This document shows, piece after piece, positions 25,948 through 37,995 of a stretch of DNA of 64,000 bases. A program made the position numbers and the translations under genes. Within the stretch, counting starts at the first letter, position 1. The number at the start of each line of letters is the position of its first letter. Origin of the DNA: Somniosus microcephalus (Eukaryota); the NCBI GenBank assembly GCA_052327205.1, contig CM126207.1, positions 51,088,001 to 51,152,000 of the forward strand, read 5' to 3'. The notes under the pieces are model-generated. The model was not told where the DNA came from, made no database searches, and saw only the letters and a program-made list of their open reading frames with translations.

Positions 25948-26000
25948 TTTTATAATATGAAATGACGTCACCCCTTGGAACTTGCGAAGAACAATCAGAG
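25948..26000 (-). promoter_or_regulatory. NPPC core promoter: TATA box, perfect CRE and inverted-CCAAT-like motif
   Basis: TATAAAA on - at 25948-25954, about 130 nt upstream of the ATG; TGACGTCA at 25963-25970; ctgattgt on - near 25992-25999. Confidence 0.8.
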
Positions 26001-28899
26001 GAAGGACAAGCCCAGCCTTTTCTTCCTTTTCTGCTTTTAGATCATCAGGTTTTTTTTTCTGCTTCTTCACTGCAAATTGCTGGTTTTAAAAACTGCAAGT
26101 TCTGATGGTTCTCCAATAGTGGGTCTACAAATAAAATAATTCAATCATGGCATTCTTCCAGTGGAAACATTGGCAATTTTATAGTGAGAACAAGGAATGG
26201 GTGCATGAATTGATAAACCACTTATCCATATATAAAACAAATTATGCAAGGGTAGAACTTTATTTTGATTGTGCTGTCCCCCCCCCCTTCCCTCAACAAA
26301 CTATACACACCCACCATATATGAAGCAGAAGTTCCCCACTTGGAGTTACAATATCTATATTGAGTCTCTCATATCTTCACGCGGATAATTCGAAAAACAT
26401 AACTCTTCCCCCCAGTGCTGGAGAGATCGTTGGGTGGCTTTGACGTACGTAGAATGAATTAGAAATTTACAAGTACTTTTTACAGCGTTAATATCGAATT
26501 GCTATTCTTGCGCTACAGTGACCCAGATGCGGTGGGAACAATGTGAAAGAACTGCAAGAAACAATTCTGGCTGCAAACTGTATTAGTCATTTTCCGGGGA
26601 CGCTTGGTTCAATCTATTTTTTTTAACCATTATCAATTAAAAACATTCACACAGTTTAAAGGTGACCTATAATACCATTGCAAATGCGTTTTTATTTTAA
26701 TTATACAAATCACGCTTTGCTGAATATTAATGCATTAAAATGTAACACTTTGAACACAGAATTGAAGTTTAGATGGAATAACGCAGGAAAGTAGTCTGAT
26801 GCACGTCGGCACAAAAACATTTACTTCATATTTTCACTTTTCAAAAAAATAAATAATGCACACAATCGGCAACTGAGCCGAACAGTCTTTGATTGCAAAT
26901 TTATTATTGCAAAAAGCGGAAACATCTTATTACTAAAACTGGAAGTAATTCTTAATATCGCGAAGATGATCTGCTTTCAAAGGCAGGGTCTGCTTTCTCT
27001 GTTAACTTCAGTCAAATCTGCAACGCTCAGAATTTGTGAAACTAAAACTATATAATTCTGTTTCATACAACAATCGGCTTGTGAGATTTTACAGAGCAGT
27101 GGCGCAGATACATGTCGCCAGAGATGAATTAGCAGGCTGCAGCACTGGAAATCCCTGTGATGGTTAATGTTAAGTTTGAGTAATTGAGTTGGTACGTTTT
27201 GGTCAATTCCTTGCCTCAGCCCCAACAGAAAGCACTTTCTGAGAATTGGGACACTGCTGTTTTAACAATATTTTGTAAAACAAATAATGATCCCCTGACT
27301 AAAACAGCAATATTTCTATGCAAATGTTCACAAGAATATTATTTAATGATGGGGAAATAAATGCTTTCCCGTTTCAATTGCATGTATCAAAATAGTGCCC
27401 GCTTTCAATTAAAATGCAAGATCAGTTGGTCTAGTGCTAAAATGAATAGAGCTAAAAGGCTGGTTCAGCCTTTAGTAAATCGCCACGCATCAAATATTCC
27501 ACACCTCATTAATAACGCTATAGATTTTAAAGAATGGTACACGTTTCATTTTTTTCAGAAAATATAAGTGTGTAAATTTCCAGTTCACTGCTAAATAATT
27601 CGTGTGAAATGTGGCTCTACATATAAAACCTTGATGATATAAAAGGTTCTTCGTCAAGCTTAGTTACTTCCTCTTGGAGAGATTCGGGGCCCGTTACATT
27701 AACCATAACATGCACATTTAAGAAGAACATCATTGTGGCAGGACACACTTTTTGCCGAAGATTCTCAGCGGGAAGAATGTCTTACTGTGAATCTTGGGTA
27801 AAATGCCTGTGTCCTGCCACACTTAGATTCAGTCAACCTAGCCGTTATTGGGTCTCCAACCTGAGCTGACTGGATACGTGTTTATATCGGTAATATTTGT
27901 AGGACAGCCTGGGTGGATCAGAGGGTCTTTTCCGTTCCGTCATTGTTCGTATATTCTTCTTAAACGTTTTAGAAGAACATCAGTTTTGATATGTTTCACA
28001 GAATTATATGGGAAAAGGCTGCTGTTTAAAGAGCCCACAAGCACTCCATATTAGGTGTACAAAAGTTTCTATCCTGGCTATCAATGGTTTGACGAGATAG
28101 ACCTTCAGTTTGTGTTTATGTTTGTGTGTGTACGTGACGGGGCGGGGGGCGGTGGAGAGTCGGGCTCGAGGGGTCTCCAAACTCCAACTCATAGGCCACA
28201 ATCTTTAGTCCAGGGTGGACCGTTCTAATTTAGTGGGCACGGGGGATTTCACGGGGAAAGGGTTGTTCTTAATGCTGTTGCCTCAGTGGATTTAAGCTAA
28301 ACCGGAAGACCAACATTTCTTCGTATGGATAACTTGACATATCTGCAGGCTCCATCGCAAGTACCTAATGCAGCCCAACCTCTGGCCATACTGGTAATGT
28401 TCGAATGTTTTTGTCATGTTAGGAAGTACAGGAACAGTTGAGTCCTAATAAATGCATAACTAGATTGCCAATACCCGTGGATTCTAATGTCTGCAAACTG
28501 CCGGTGGAAATGACTACTTTGGCACTATAGCTCGGATAATCAATTCGATCTAAACGAAAAAGGGGAGCTGAATAAAAACGTATTTCGCACGAAGTTTATA
28601 ACAAAGTCTATTTTGTGCTACAATGAAACGGATTGAGCATTCTTAAGTGTGCCAAGTATCAAAATCTGAACGAATGGAAATTACCTGTCGCACATGCTTA
28701 GATCCAAATTGTCTATGCACCTGTAATGCTTGGTTTGCATTGGAATTCCATGCTGGGAGTCCATTGTAATAAGTGGTAAGTTGTCTCAGTCTTTACAATT
28801 TTGGACTGTTTTTCAGTTTCACTTGCTTTCCTTATTTGATTCATTTCCCCTAATTCACTGTTTTATCTAATCAATTGCTTTTTCCCTCACCTTACACCC

Positions 28900-29345
28900 A
28901 TTTCCACTGACAACTTAATCCGTGGGTCACCTCCAGACTTAATTTATCCAATGCTATCCATGATGGCCTCCACCACAGGTAGACTTCATCTTATCCAAGA
29001 CTGCTGCGTGCATCCTATTTTGCTCCCCTATCACTCCCGTCCTTGCAGCTCCCAGTCCTCCCAACACACTGACTCTAAAGTACATGTCCTTACAAATCCC
29101 TCCTGTAACCTCCTGCAGTCCACTGTACCAAAATGTGCCCTCCACTCTTCTGACTCTGGCTTTACAGTTTCTCCATTTTCCCTTCCACTGTCAGTGGAAA
29201 AACCTTCAGCTGACTGGGGCCTAAACTTCGAAACCCTCTCCCTAAAACCCTTCTACCTTGCAACTTCTTTGCTCATCTTCAAAAGTCTTCTCAAAACTTC
29301 CTTCTTCTACCATGCTTTCCCTCTCTTCCCACATTCTACGACTGT
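28900..29345 (+). mobile_element. Old L2 LINE 3' fragment
   Basis: gtcacctccagacttaattt..ccaatgct..tggcctc..cttatccaagactgctgc matches the L2 ORF2 end (compare 39220-39330 on -). Confidence 0.65.
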
Positions 29346-29395
29346 TTGAGCTCTGTTTTACCCCTGTAAAAGACCTAACTTTAAGAGTATTATAA

Positions 29396-30630
29396 AATTG
29401 AATTTTTTTGAAGAGGTAACAGAGAGAGTAGACAATGGTAATGCAGTAGATGTAATTTATCTGGATTTTCAAAAGGCCTTCGATAAGGTACCCCATAATA
29501 GACTGATGAACAAGGTCAGAGAATGTGGAGTCAGGGGACAAGTAGCAGAATGGATTGCTGGCTGGCTTCAGGACAGAAAGCAGAGAGTAGGAGTAAAGGG
29601 TAGCTATTCACAGTGGTAGAGGGTGGGTAGTGGTGTTCCACAAGGATCAGTGCTGGGATCACTGCTGTTCACAATTTACATTAATGATTTAGATTTAGGA
29701 ATCGAAAACACAATTTCTAAATTTGCAGATGACAGCAAATTGGGGGGTTAGTCAATACTGAGGAGGACTGCAACAAGTTACAGGAAAACATGACTAAACT
29801 TGCAGAATGGGCATATACTTGGCAAATGAAGTTCAACACAGATAAATATGAGGTATTACATTTTAGTAAGAAGAATAGGGAGGTCACTTATCACTTGGAG
29901 GGTGCGAGTCTAGGTGGGGTAGAGGAACAAAGGGATCTCGGAGTACAAATGCATACATCATTAAAAGTTGCAACACAGGTTAGCAAGGCCATAAAAAAAA
30001 CCAAGCACTAGGGTTTATTTCTAGAGGTACAGAATTGAAAAGTAGTGAAGTTATGCTAAACCTGTAGCGAACCTTGGTTAGGCCACACTTGGAGTACTGC
30101 GTACAGTTCTGGTCGCCATATTATAAAAAGGATATAGAGGCACTGGAGAGGGTGCAGAGAAGATTTATAAGGATGATACCAGAAATGCGAGGGTGTACAT
30201 ATCAGGAAAGGATGAACAGGCTGGGTCTCATTTCTCTTGGAAAAACAAAGGGTGACCTAATAGAGGTCTATAAAATTATGAAAAGTTTTGATAGAGTGAA
30301 TACTGAGAGAACGTTTCCACTTGTGGGGAAGAGCATAACTAGAGGCCTTCAATATAAGATAGTCACCAAGAAATCCAATAGGGAATTCAGAAGAAACTTC
30401 AGAAGAAAGAGTGGTGAGAATGTGGAACTCGCTACCAAAGGGAGTGGTTGAAGCGAATAGTATAGATGCATTTAAGGGGAGGCTGGACAAGCATATGAGC
30501 GAAAAGGGAATAGAGGGTTATGCTGATAGATTTAGATGAGGAAAGACAGGAGGCTAGTGTGGAGCATAAACGCCGGCATGGACTGGTTAGGCCGAATGGC
30601 CTGTTTCTGTGCCGTATATCCGATGTAATG
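29396..30630 (+). mobile_element. CR1 LINE, RT to 3' end, decayed
   Basis: [42 protein letters not shown], with stops and frameshifts. Confidence 0.92.
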
Positions 30631-33129
30631 TAAAATGCAAGTTGTTGCTGAGTGCTCTACTCTAGTACCACCGGAAGGATGATGTTTGTGAACAGCAAGA
30701 TGTAACAAATATGACTCCTTTCTTTCACTAAACTATTAAGTTAATTAATAAGCATAAGGTGGATAATATCTCACTTCTGACTAAGATGTTTATTTCCCCA
30801 AACGCGGTGATAAAATGCAAAAAGTCTTCCCTCTGATACTCTAAGTAGATGCCAGCTGTGAGTTTTGTTAGGGATTAGTTTCTCGACAGCTATCTTGGGA
30901 CATGTGTAGGTTCATTGAAACCCAGGGGAATATCATACACAATGCTGAATTCTTTTGAGAGAATCAGGGCAGCCAGTAGGGTTCCTGTCGCGTTGAATGT
31001 AGAACATCTAATTAGCGCGGTAATTTAATAACGTTTAAGATAGTCCACTGCTTTTTAAAACGTTACATGTAACAGACATGTAGTGTCTCACACCGTTTCG
31101 TGTTATTATGCTTATATTTTACTAACAATTTATGATCGTTACGCATGATTTTTCTTGATCGCATTCGTTTCCTCGTCTTTTTCTGTTTTCTCTTGCCACA
31201 CAGACCCATTTGACAAAAGTTGCGGTTACCAAGAGAGGACATTTTGTATTTCAATTGGTTTGCAAGGAACTGGCGCATCATAGACTAAGTCTCCAGTGTA
31301 ATGGCTTCGATTAAATGCTTCGTGGACGCTTCCAGGTAACATTGTGGTTGAATGGCACAATCAAAGACAGCAAGTCGTAAATACAAAATTTAATTCATGC
31401 CGAATTATAACCATTGCATACACTTCTCTATGTGAAGCTTCAAGTGGTCCTTGCACATATACAAGATTCTAAAGGTTACAGTTGGTTTCATTCTTTCGTT
31501 CTGTTTTTACTTATTTTCAGTGTTACACGTTGGTACAAACATAGCCAAAATTCCGCAGGTAATGTGCTTAGAGTCTTCAACCTCACATACTTACCTCTGA
31601 AGAACAAATCAAAACGTTTTGATCTTTTCATATTTAATCCAGATACTTCCCTAGAGAGGATCCGATTATAAAGTTGTAGGGTAACATGATTTAACATTTT
31701 CTTGGGCTCCAGTTAGCGCATTCTGAATAAGACTGTATCAGACAAATCATGTGTGGTCTGACACCTCCGAAATTGACACGAGAGCTGCACAGCTAATTTT
31801 CTCTAATTTCACTAAAAAATACGATTCACAAAAAAATAAATAGGAACAGCACTGACGACTGGCGGTGGATTCAATCGTGACTCAATCTGAGTTGTTATTT
31901 TGTGGAATAAATACATTTTCATCATTGTTTATTTTGCCAGTAGCTGCGACTTAAAACATGCTCAGATGGTTTCCACGCGGAACCTTTTATTCAGTTTAAG
32001 ATCACGAAGGCAAGTCATACATATATGTGATACAATTTGTCGTTAAAAAGTTTCTTTCATTTCACACTTCATATCAAAGGAAAAGTACCGCAACTTCAGT
32101 TAAACTGAGCTCTGCTGCTAGGTAGTAAAGTGGAAACATATTTTCTTGATTAAGATAGCTTTAGCGGATCATATATGCGTGTAATATCGAACAGCTACCC
32201 GAATTAAGCATAACAGATTCAGGAGTATTGGTATCGACAATACATGTACGCATTTCGAACAGTTGTAGAGAGGAGCTGTCCTATGTATACTAACAGATGG
32301 CCAGTCCAAATTCTTGGATCCGATATTATTAATGTAACCATTCTTTGAGGATAATGTCATACGGTCTATTGGTAGCATATATGAAATTTATGTATGTATT
32401 ATGGAATTTAAATCAAATGTGACACAAGGAACTTCAAACGCCTAAATACAGCGTCCATCCCCATGGAGAGCTCACGCCATTACCATTTTTATGCGTAAAC
32501 GTTTCACGGTTTTTATTCTGGTTTTGCTACACGTTCGCAACAGAATAATAATCAGGGACATTGAAAACGTCACCTGCTCGGAAATGTATTAAGAGCATTC
32601 CCAAATCAATGTTTCCCAAGAAATGATTCCTTTTAAACAAAATGTGACGCTGACCAAGTTACGAGTTCGGGTATGAAAATGGTTGTATGTAATAGTGTAG
32701 ATAATATTGGTACCATAATACAGTTACACAAATAAGTTGGCAAATTTTGGACGCGTTAATATTCGGATTATTTTGAGCTACGAAGAATATTCCAGTCTTT
32801 AAGCGGGCATCGGCGGCGGTTTTCTGCCTCATATTTAACTATCTCTAAAAATAAAGGAGGAAATCACTGCAACTACGTAAAGGAAGGCGGATTGATGTCA
32901 GCTTGATTGTGTTTTCCTGTATTACGAGATAGCATTTGTCATTTCTAAATCATTTATTTATTTTAATGCAGACACTTCCTATCGTCGGCCGCTTTGTTGT
33001 CTGAACAGTTGCTGTCCAAGGTGGCGACAATGATTGATAGTTGTCAAAAACACGCGGCTGCTTCAATAGTGCAGCTAAATTCGACATTTGTTAAAAATGA
33101 TTTTTTTTAAAAAAAGATTAATCCTGCAA

Positions 33130-33560
33130 ACGCTTAAAACGAGCGGAGGAAAGCAGGGTTGATAACGGCAACGCAGGATTTGAATGCGAGAGATGTGGAT
33201 GGATGGTCGGGGTGACGCTGGCTATTCCCGGCACCTGCCTTCCGGGTAGAGCAGAACACGGCCCCCACAATCCAGTGCGCCCAGGCTCCTCCCCTTCCGC
33301 GCGCAGGCGGCTGGAGCGCAGGGCTCGCGAGGCCGTTCAAAGAGGATCTTGAGGCCGTTAAAAGAACAACTCGACGCCGTGAGCCCGGTGCGGCCGCGTC
33401 GTTCACTTGTCGGCCCCTCTCTGTGTAAGTGCGGGGAGCCGGGAGTGGCTGTTTTGTTCAGTAGATTGTATTCAGAGTGGAGTGACTTGTGGACGGGAAA
33501 AGGCCATGTTAGAATCGCACCGAGTCTGAAGCTGTTTTATTTCAGGGCCTTTCTGGCGAA
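33130..33560 (+). promoter_or_regulatory. CpG-island promoter with probable non-coding first exon (donor gt at 33425), likely of DIS3L2
   Basis: Dense GC/CpG stretch (gcgcgc, gcggccgcg, tcgcga) followed by tgt|gtaagt donor; position fits the COPS7B-NPPC-DIS3L2 order (inference). Confidence 0.65.
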
Positions 33561-33585
33561 ATGAGCGCATCCTATTTCAAGCGGA

Positions 33586-34015
33586 AAGAAAGAACTTGCA
33601 TTTATTTAACGCCTTTCACCACCTCAGGCTGTCCCAAAGGGCTTTGCAGCAAATTAAGTACTTTTTTTGTGTGAAGTGTAGTCACTGTTGTAATGTAGGG
33701 AACGCAGCAGCCAATTTGCGCACAACAAGCTCCCACAAACATCAAATGTGATAGCGACCAGATAATCTGTGTGTGATGTGGATTGAGGTGTATATGTTGA
33801 CCAGGACACCGGGGAGAACTCCTTTTTTGAAATAGTGTCATGGGCTCTTTTACGTCCACCTGGCAGAGCAGATGGGGCCTTGGTTTAAAGTCTAATCCGA
33901 AAGATGGCACCGCCCCCTCAGCACTGCTCTCGAGTGTCAGGCCAGATTTTCGTGCTCAAGTCTTTGGAGTGGGACTTGAACCCACAACCTGCTACCCACT
34001 GAGCCACAGCTGACA
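33586..34015 (-). mobile_element. Near full-length tRNA-derived DeuSINE-type SINE
   Basis: Head gtcagctgtggctcagtgggtagc..ggttcaagtcccactcc on -, central domain, tail tgcaagttctttcttt. Confidence 0.85.
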
Positions 34016-34880
34016 TCAAGTTGCTCCCTAAAATAGCCATTCAGGAAAAGCTGTTCTCGGTAGTGATACTTGGTCCTAGAGCTGGCTATTGACACCACTT
34101 TTCACAACCTCCAGAACCTGTGAGATCAGCTAGCAGCCTGACCCATTTGCACGGGATACAAGCATCATTACAGGAGTTGCCTGTCTTCTATCGAGACCTG
34201 GTTAGAGTCTGGAACATGGTTGCTTCCAGCAGGAGCGCTTCCTCCCCGTCGGAGTTGGCGGTTATCCTAGCGGAGCTGCTGCTTCATAATCCACACTTGC
34301 GTGTAGCTGACTTTGGTGACACATGGCCGGCGGCGAGGAGGTCCCTGGCTGTGAAGGTAACCAGAGTCAGGGACGTACTAAATTGCGGCGGAGTGGACTG
34401 GATGTCACCAGCAGCATTGGCAGCCTGGATGTCCTGGTGCTACGTCCAGTCCAAGCCATCCAGGAACAGAAAGTTGCACTCTGCTATGACTTCACCAGGT
34501 GTATTGAGGAGGCTCAAGCGTGTGGAGCGACCCTGCCCTCATTCGAGTAGAATTTCTCACCTGGATGAGGCCCTGGAATCTTCACCCCCAAACTAGAGCT
34601 GTCTCTGTAATTCCTTCTGTGCCATTCCACTTTGCACGGAGGATTTCCTGTGTGGTCTGCTCCTTCACATTCTCTACTTCCTTGCCTTCGTCTTCTGTGC
34701 AGATGCGCCCTGTTGTCTGGCAGAGACCCTAATGGAAGGTCCGCTATGCGGGAGGCCTTCCTTGCACCATTGGGGATCTGGGGTAGATGGTGTTGCATGG
34801 AGCGGTAGTGTGCAACAATTTTTTTTTTATAATTTCAGGGATTCCCAGACTGCAACTTTTGCCACCTTGAAGAGTCTGTT

Positions 34881-37800
34881 AGAATCATAGAATGGCCTCC
34901 TTCTGTGCTGTAACCATTCAGCCCGGCGAGCCCATGCCAGCTCTCTGCAAGAGCACTTCAGCTAGTCCCACTCCCTTGCCCTTTCATAGAAACATAGAAG
35001 ATAGTAGCAGGAGTAGGCCATTCGGCCCCTCGAGCCTGCTCTGCCATTCAATGCGAACATGGCTGATCATCCAAACTCAGTACCCTGTCCCTGCTTTCTC
35101 CCCATATCCCTTGATCCCCTTAGCCTTAAGAAATATATCCAACTCCTTCTTGAATATATTTAATGAATTGGCCTCAACTGTCTTCTGTGGTAAAGAATTC
35201 CACAGGTTCACCTCTCTGGGTGAAGAAATTCCTCCTCATCTCAGTCCTAAATGGCTTGCCCCTTATCCTCAGACTGTGATCCCTGGTTCTGGACTCCCCC
35301 GCCATCGGGAACAGCCTTCCTGCATCTAGTCTGTCTAGTCCTGTTAGAATTTTATAAGTTTCAATGAGATCCCATCTCATTCTTCTAAACTCTAGCAAAT
35401 ATAAGCCTAATCGACCCAATCTCTTCATATGTCATTCCTTCCATCCCAGGTATCAGTCTGGTGAATCTTTGCTGCACTGCCTCCATGACAAGAACATCCT
35501 TCCTCAGATAAGGCGACCAAAACTGCACACAATACTCAAGGTGTGATCTCACCACGGCCCTGTACAACTGCAGCAAGACATCCTTGTTCCTGTACTCGAA
35601 TCCTCTTGCTATGAAGGCCAACATACCATTTGCCTTCTTAACCGCCTGCTGCACCTGCATGCTTACCTTCAGCGACTGGTGCACAAGGACACCCAGGTCT
35701 CGTTGCACTTCCCCCTTTTCCCAATCTATTGCCGTTCAGATAATAATCTGCCTTCCTGTTTTTGCCACCAAAGTGGATAACCTCGCATTTATCCACATTA
35801 TACTGCATCTGCCATGCATCTGCCCAATCTGTCCAAATCGTACTGGAGTTTCTCTGCATCCTCCTCACAGCACACGCCCACCCAGCTTTGTGTCGTCTGC
35901 AAACTTGGAGATATTACATCTAGTTCCCTCGTCTAGATCATTAATATATATTGTGAATAACTGGGTTCCTAGCACCCATCCCTGCGGTACCCCAATAGTC
36001 ACTGCCTTCCACTCAGAAAAAGACCCATTTATTCCAACTCTTTGATTCCAACTCTTTGCTTCCAACCAGTTTTCTATCCAAGTTAGTACCTTTCCCCGTA
36101 GCCCTGCAAATTTTTTTCCTTGAGGTACTTAACCAATTCACTTTTGAAAGCCACAATTAAATCTGCCCCCTCCACCCTTTCAGGCAGTGAATTCCAGATC
36201 TTAACCACTCGCTGCGTAAAAAAGTTTTTCCTTATGTCGCCTTTGGTTCTTCTGCCAATCACCTTAAACCTGTGTCCTCTGGTTTTTGAACCTTCTGCCA
36301 ATGGGAACAGTTTCTCTCTATCTAGACCCCTCATGATTTTGAACACTTATCAAATTTCCTTTCAACCTTCTCTGCTCTAAGGAGAACAACTCCTGCTTCT
36401 CCAGTCTATCCACATAACAAGTCCCTCATCCCAGGAACCATTCTCATAAATCTTTTCTGTACCCTCGCTAAGGCCTTCCTAAAGTGCGGTGCCCAGAATT
36501 GGACACCATACTCCAGTTGATGCCGAACCAGTGTTTTATAAAGGTGGTTCATAACTTCCTTGCTTTTGTACTCTGTGCTTCTATTTATGAAGCCCAGGAT
36601 CCTGTATGCTTTTTTAACTGCTTTCTCAACCTGCCTTGCCACCTTCAATGATTTTGTGCACATATACCCCCAGGTCTTTGTGTTCATGCAACCCCTTTAG
36701 AATTGTACCCTTTAGTTTATATTGCATCTCCTCGTTCTTCCTACCAAAATGTATCACTTCACACTTTTCTGCATTTAAAGTTCATCAGCCACGTGTCCGC
36801 CAATTCCACCAGCCTGCCCATGTCTTCTTGAAGTCTATCACTATCCTCCTCATTGTTCACTATACTTCCAATTTTTGTGATATCTGCAAATTTTGAAATT
36901 GTGCCCTGTACACCCAAGTCCAAGTCATTAATATATATCAAGAAAAGCAGTGGTCCTAGTACTGACCCCTGGGGAACATCACTGTATACCTTCCTCCAGT
37001 CTGAAAAACAATCGTTCACCACTACTCTCTGTTTCCTGTCACCTAGCCAATTTCGTATCCATGCTGCCACTGTCCCTTTTATTCCACGGGCTTCAGCTTT
37101 GCTGGTAAGCCTATTATGTGGAACTTTATCAAACGCCTTTTGGAAGTCCATGTACACCACATCAACCGCATTACCCTCATCAACCCTCTCTGTTGCCTCA
37201 TCATAAACGCAATCAAGTTGGTTAAACACGATTTGCCTTTAACAAATCTGTGCTGGCTTTCCTTAATTAATCCATACTTATCCAAGTGACTTAATTTTGT
37301 CCTGGATTATCGTTTCTAAAAGTTTCCCCACTACTGAGTTAAACTGAGTGGCCTGTAGTTGCTGGGTATATCCTTGCACCCTTTTTTGAACACTGGTGTA
37401 ACATTTGCAATTCTCCAGTCATCTGGCACCAGCCCTGTATCCAAGGAGGATTGGGAGATTATGGCCAATACCTCCGCAATTTCGACCTCTCTCAGCACCC
37501 TTGGATGCATCCCATCTGGCCCTGGTGACTTATCTACTTTAAGTACAACCAGCCTTTCTAGTACCTCCTCCTCATCAATCCAGTATCTCAACTACCTCCT
37601 CTTTCACTATGACTTTGGCAGCATCTTCTTCCTTGGTAAAGACAGATGCAAAGTACTTATTTAGTACCTCAGCCATGCCCTCTGCCTCCATACATAGGTC
37701 TTCATTTTGGTCCCGAATCGCCCCCACCCTCCTCTAACTACCCATTTACCAGTTATATGCCTATACAAGACTTTTGGATTCCCTTTTATGTTAGCTGCCA

Positions 37801-37995
37801 ATCTATTCTTATATTCTCTCTTTGCCCCTCTTATTTACTTTTCCACTTCCCTTCTGAACTTTCTATATTCAGCCTGGTTCTCACTTGTATTCTCAACCTG
37901 ACATCTGTCATACGCCTCCTTTTTCTGCTTCATCTTACTCCTTATCTCTTTCATCATCCAGGGAGCTTTGCCTTTGGTTGCCCTACCTTTCCCCC
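34881..37995 (-). mobile_element. CR1 LINE (outer): 3' tip at 34881-34984, body at about 36089-37995
   Basis: [51 protein letters not shown]; 3' UTR continues across the inner CR1 (..ctcccttgcccttt | ccccgtagccctgc). Confidence 0.9.
34985..36088 (-). mobile_element. CR1 LINE (inner), same subfamily as 58650-60228
   Basis: catagaaacatagaagatag tail; [19 protein letters not shown]; cctttc at both junctions. Confidence 0.9.

Noticed and set aside
33960-34015. tRNA gene
   Set aside because: A/B-box-like sequence is a SINE head with an internal deletion and no complete cloverleaf.
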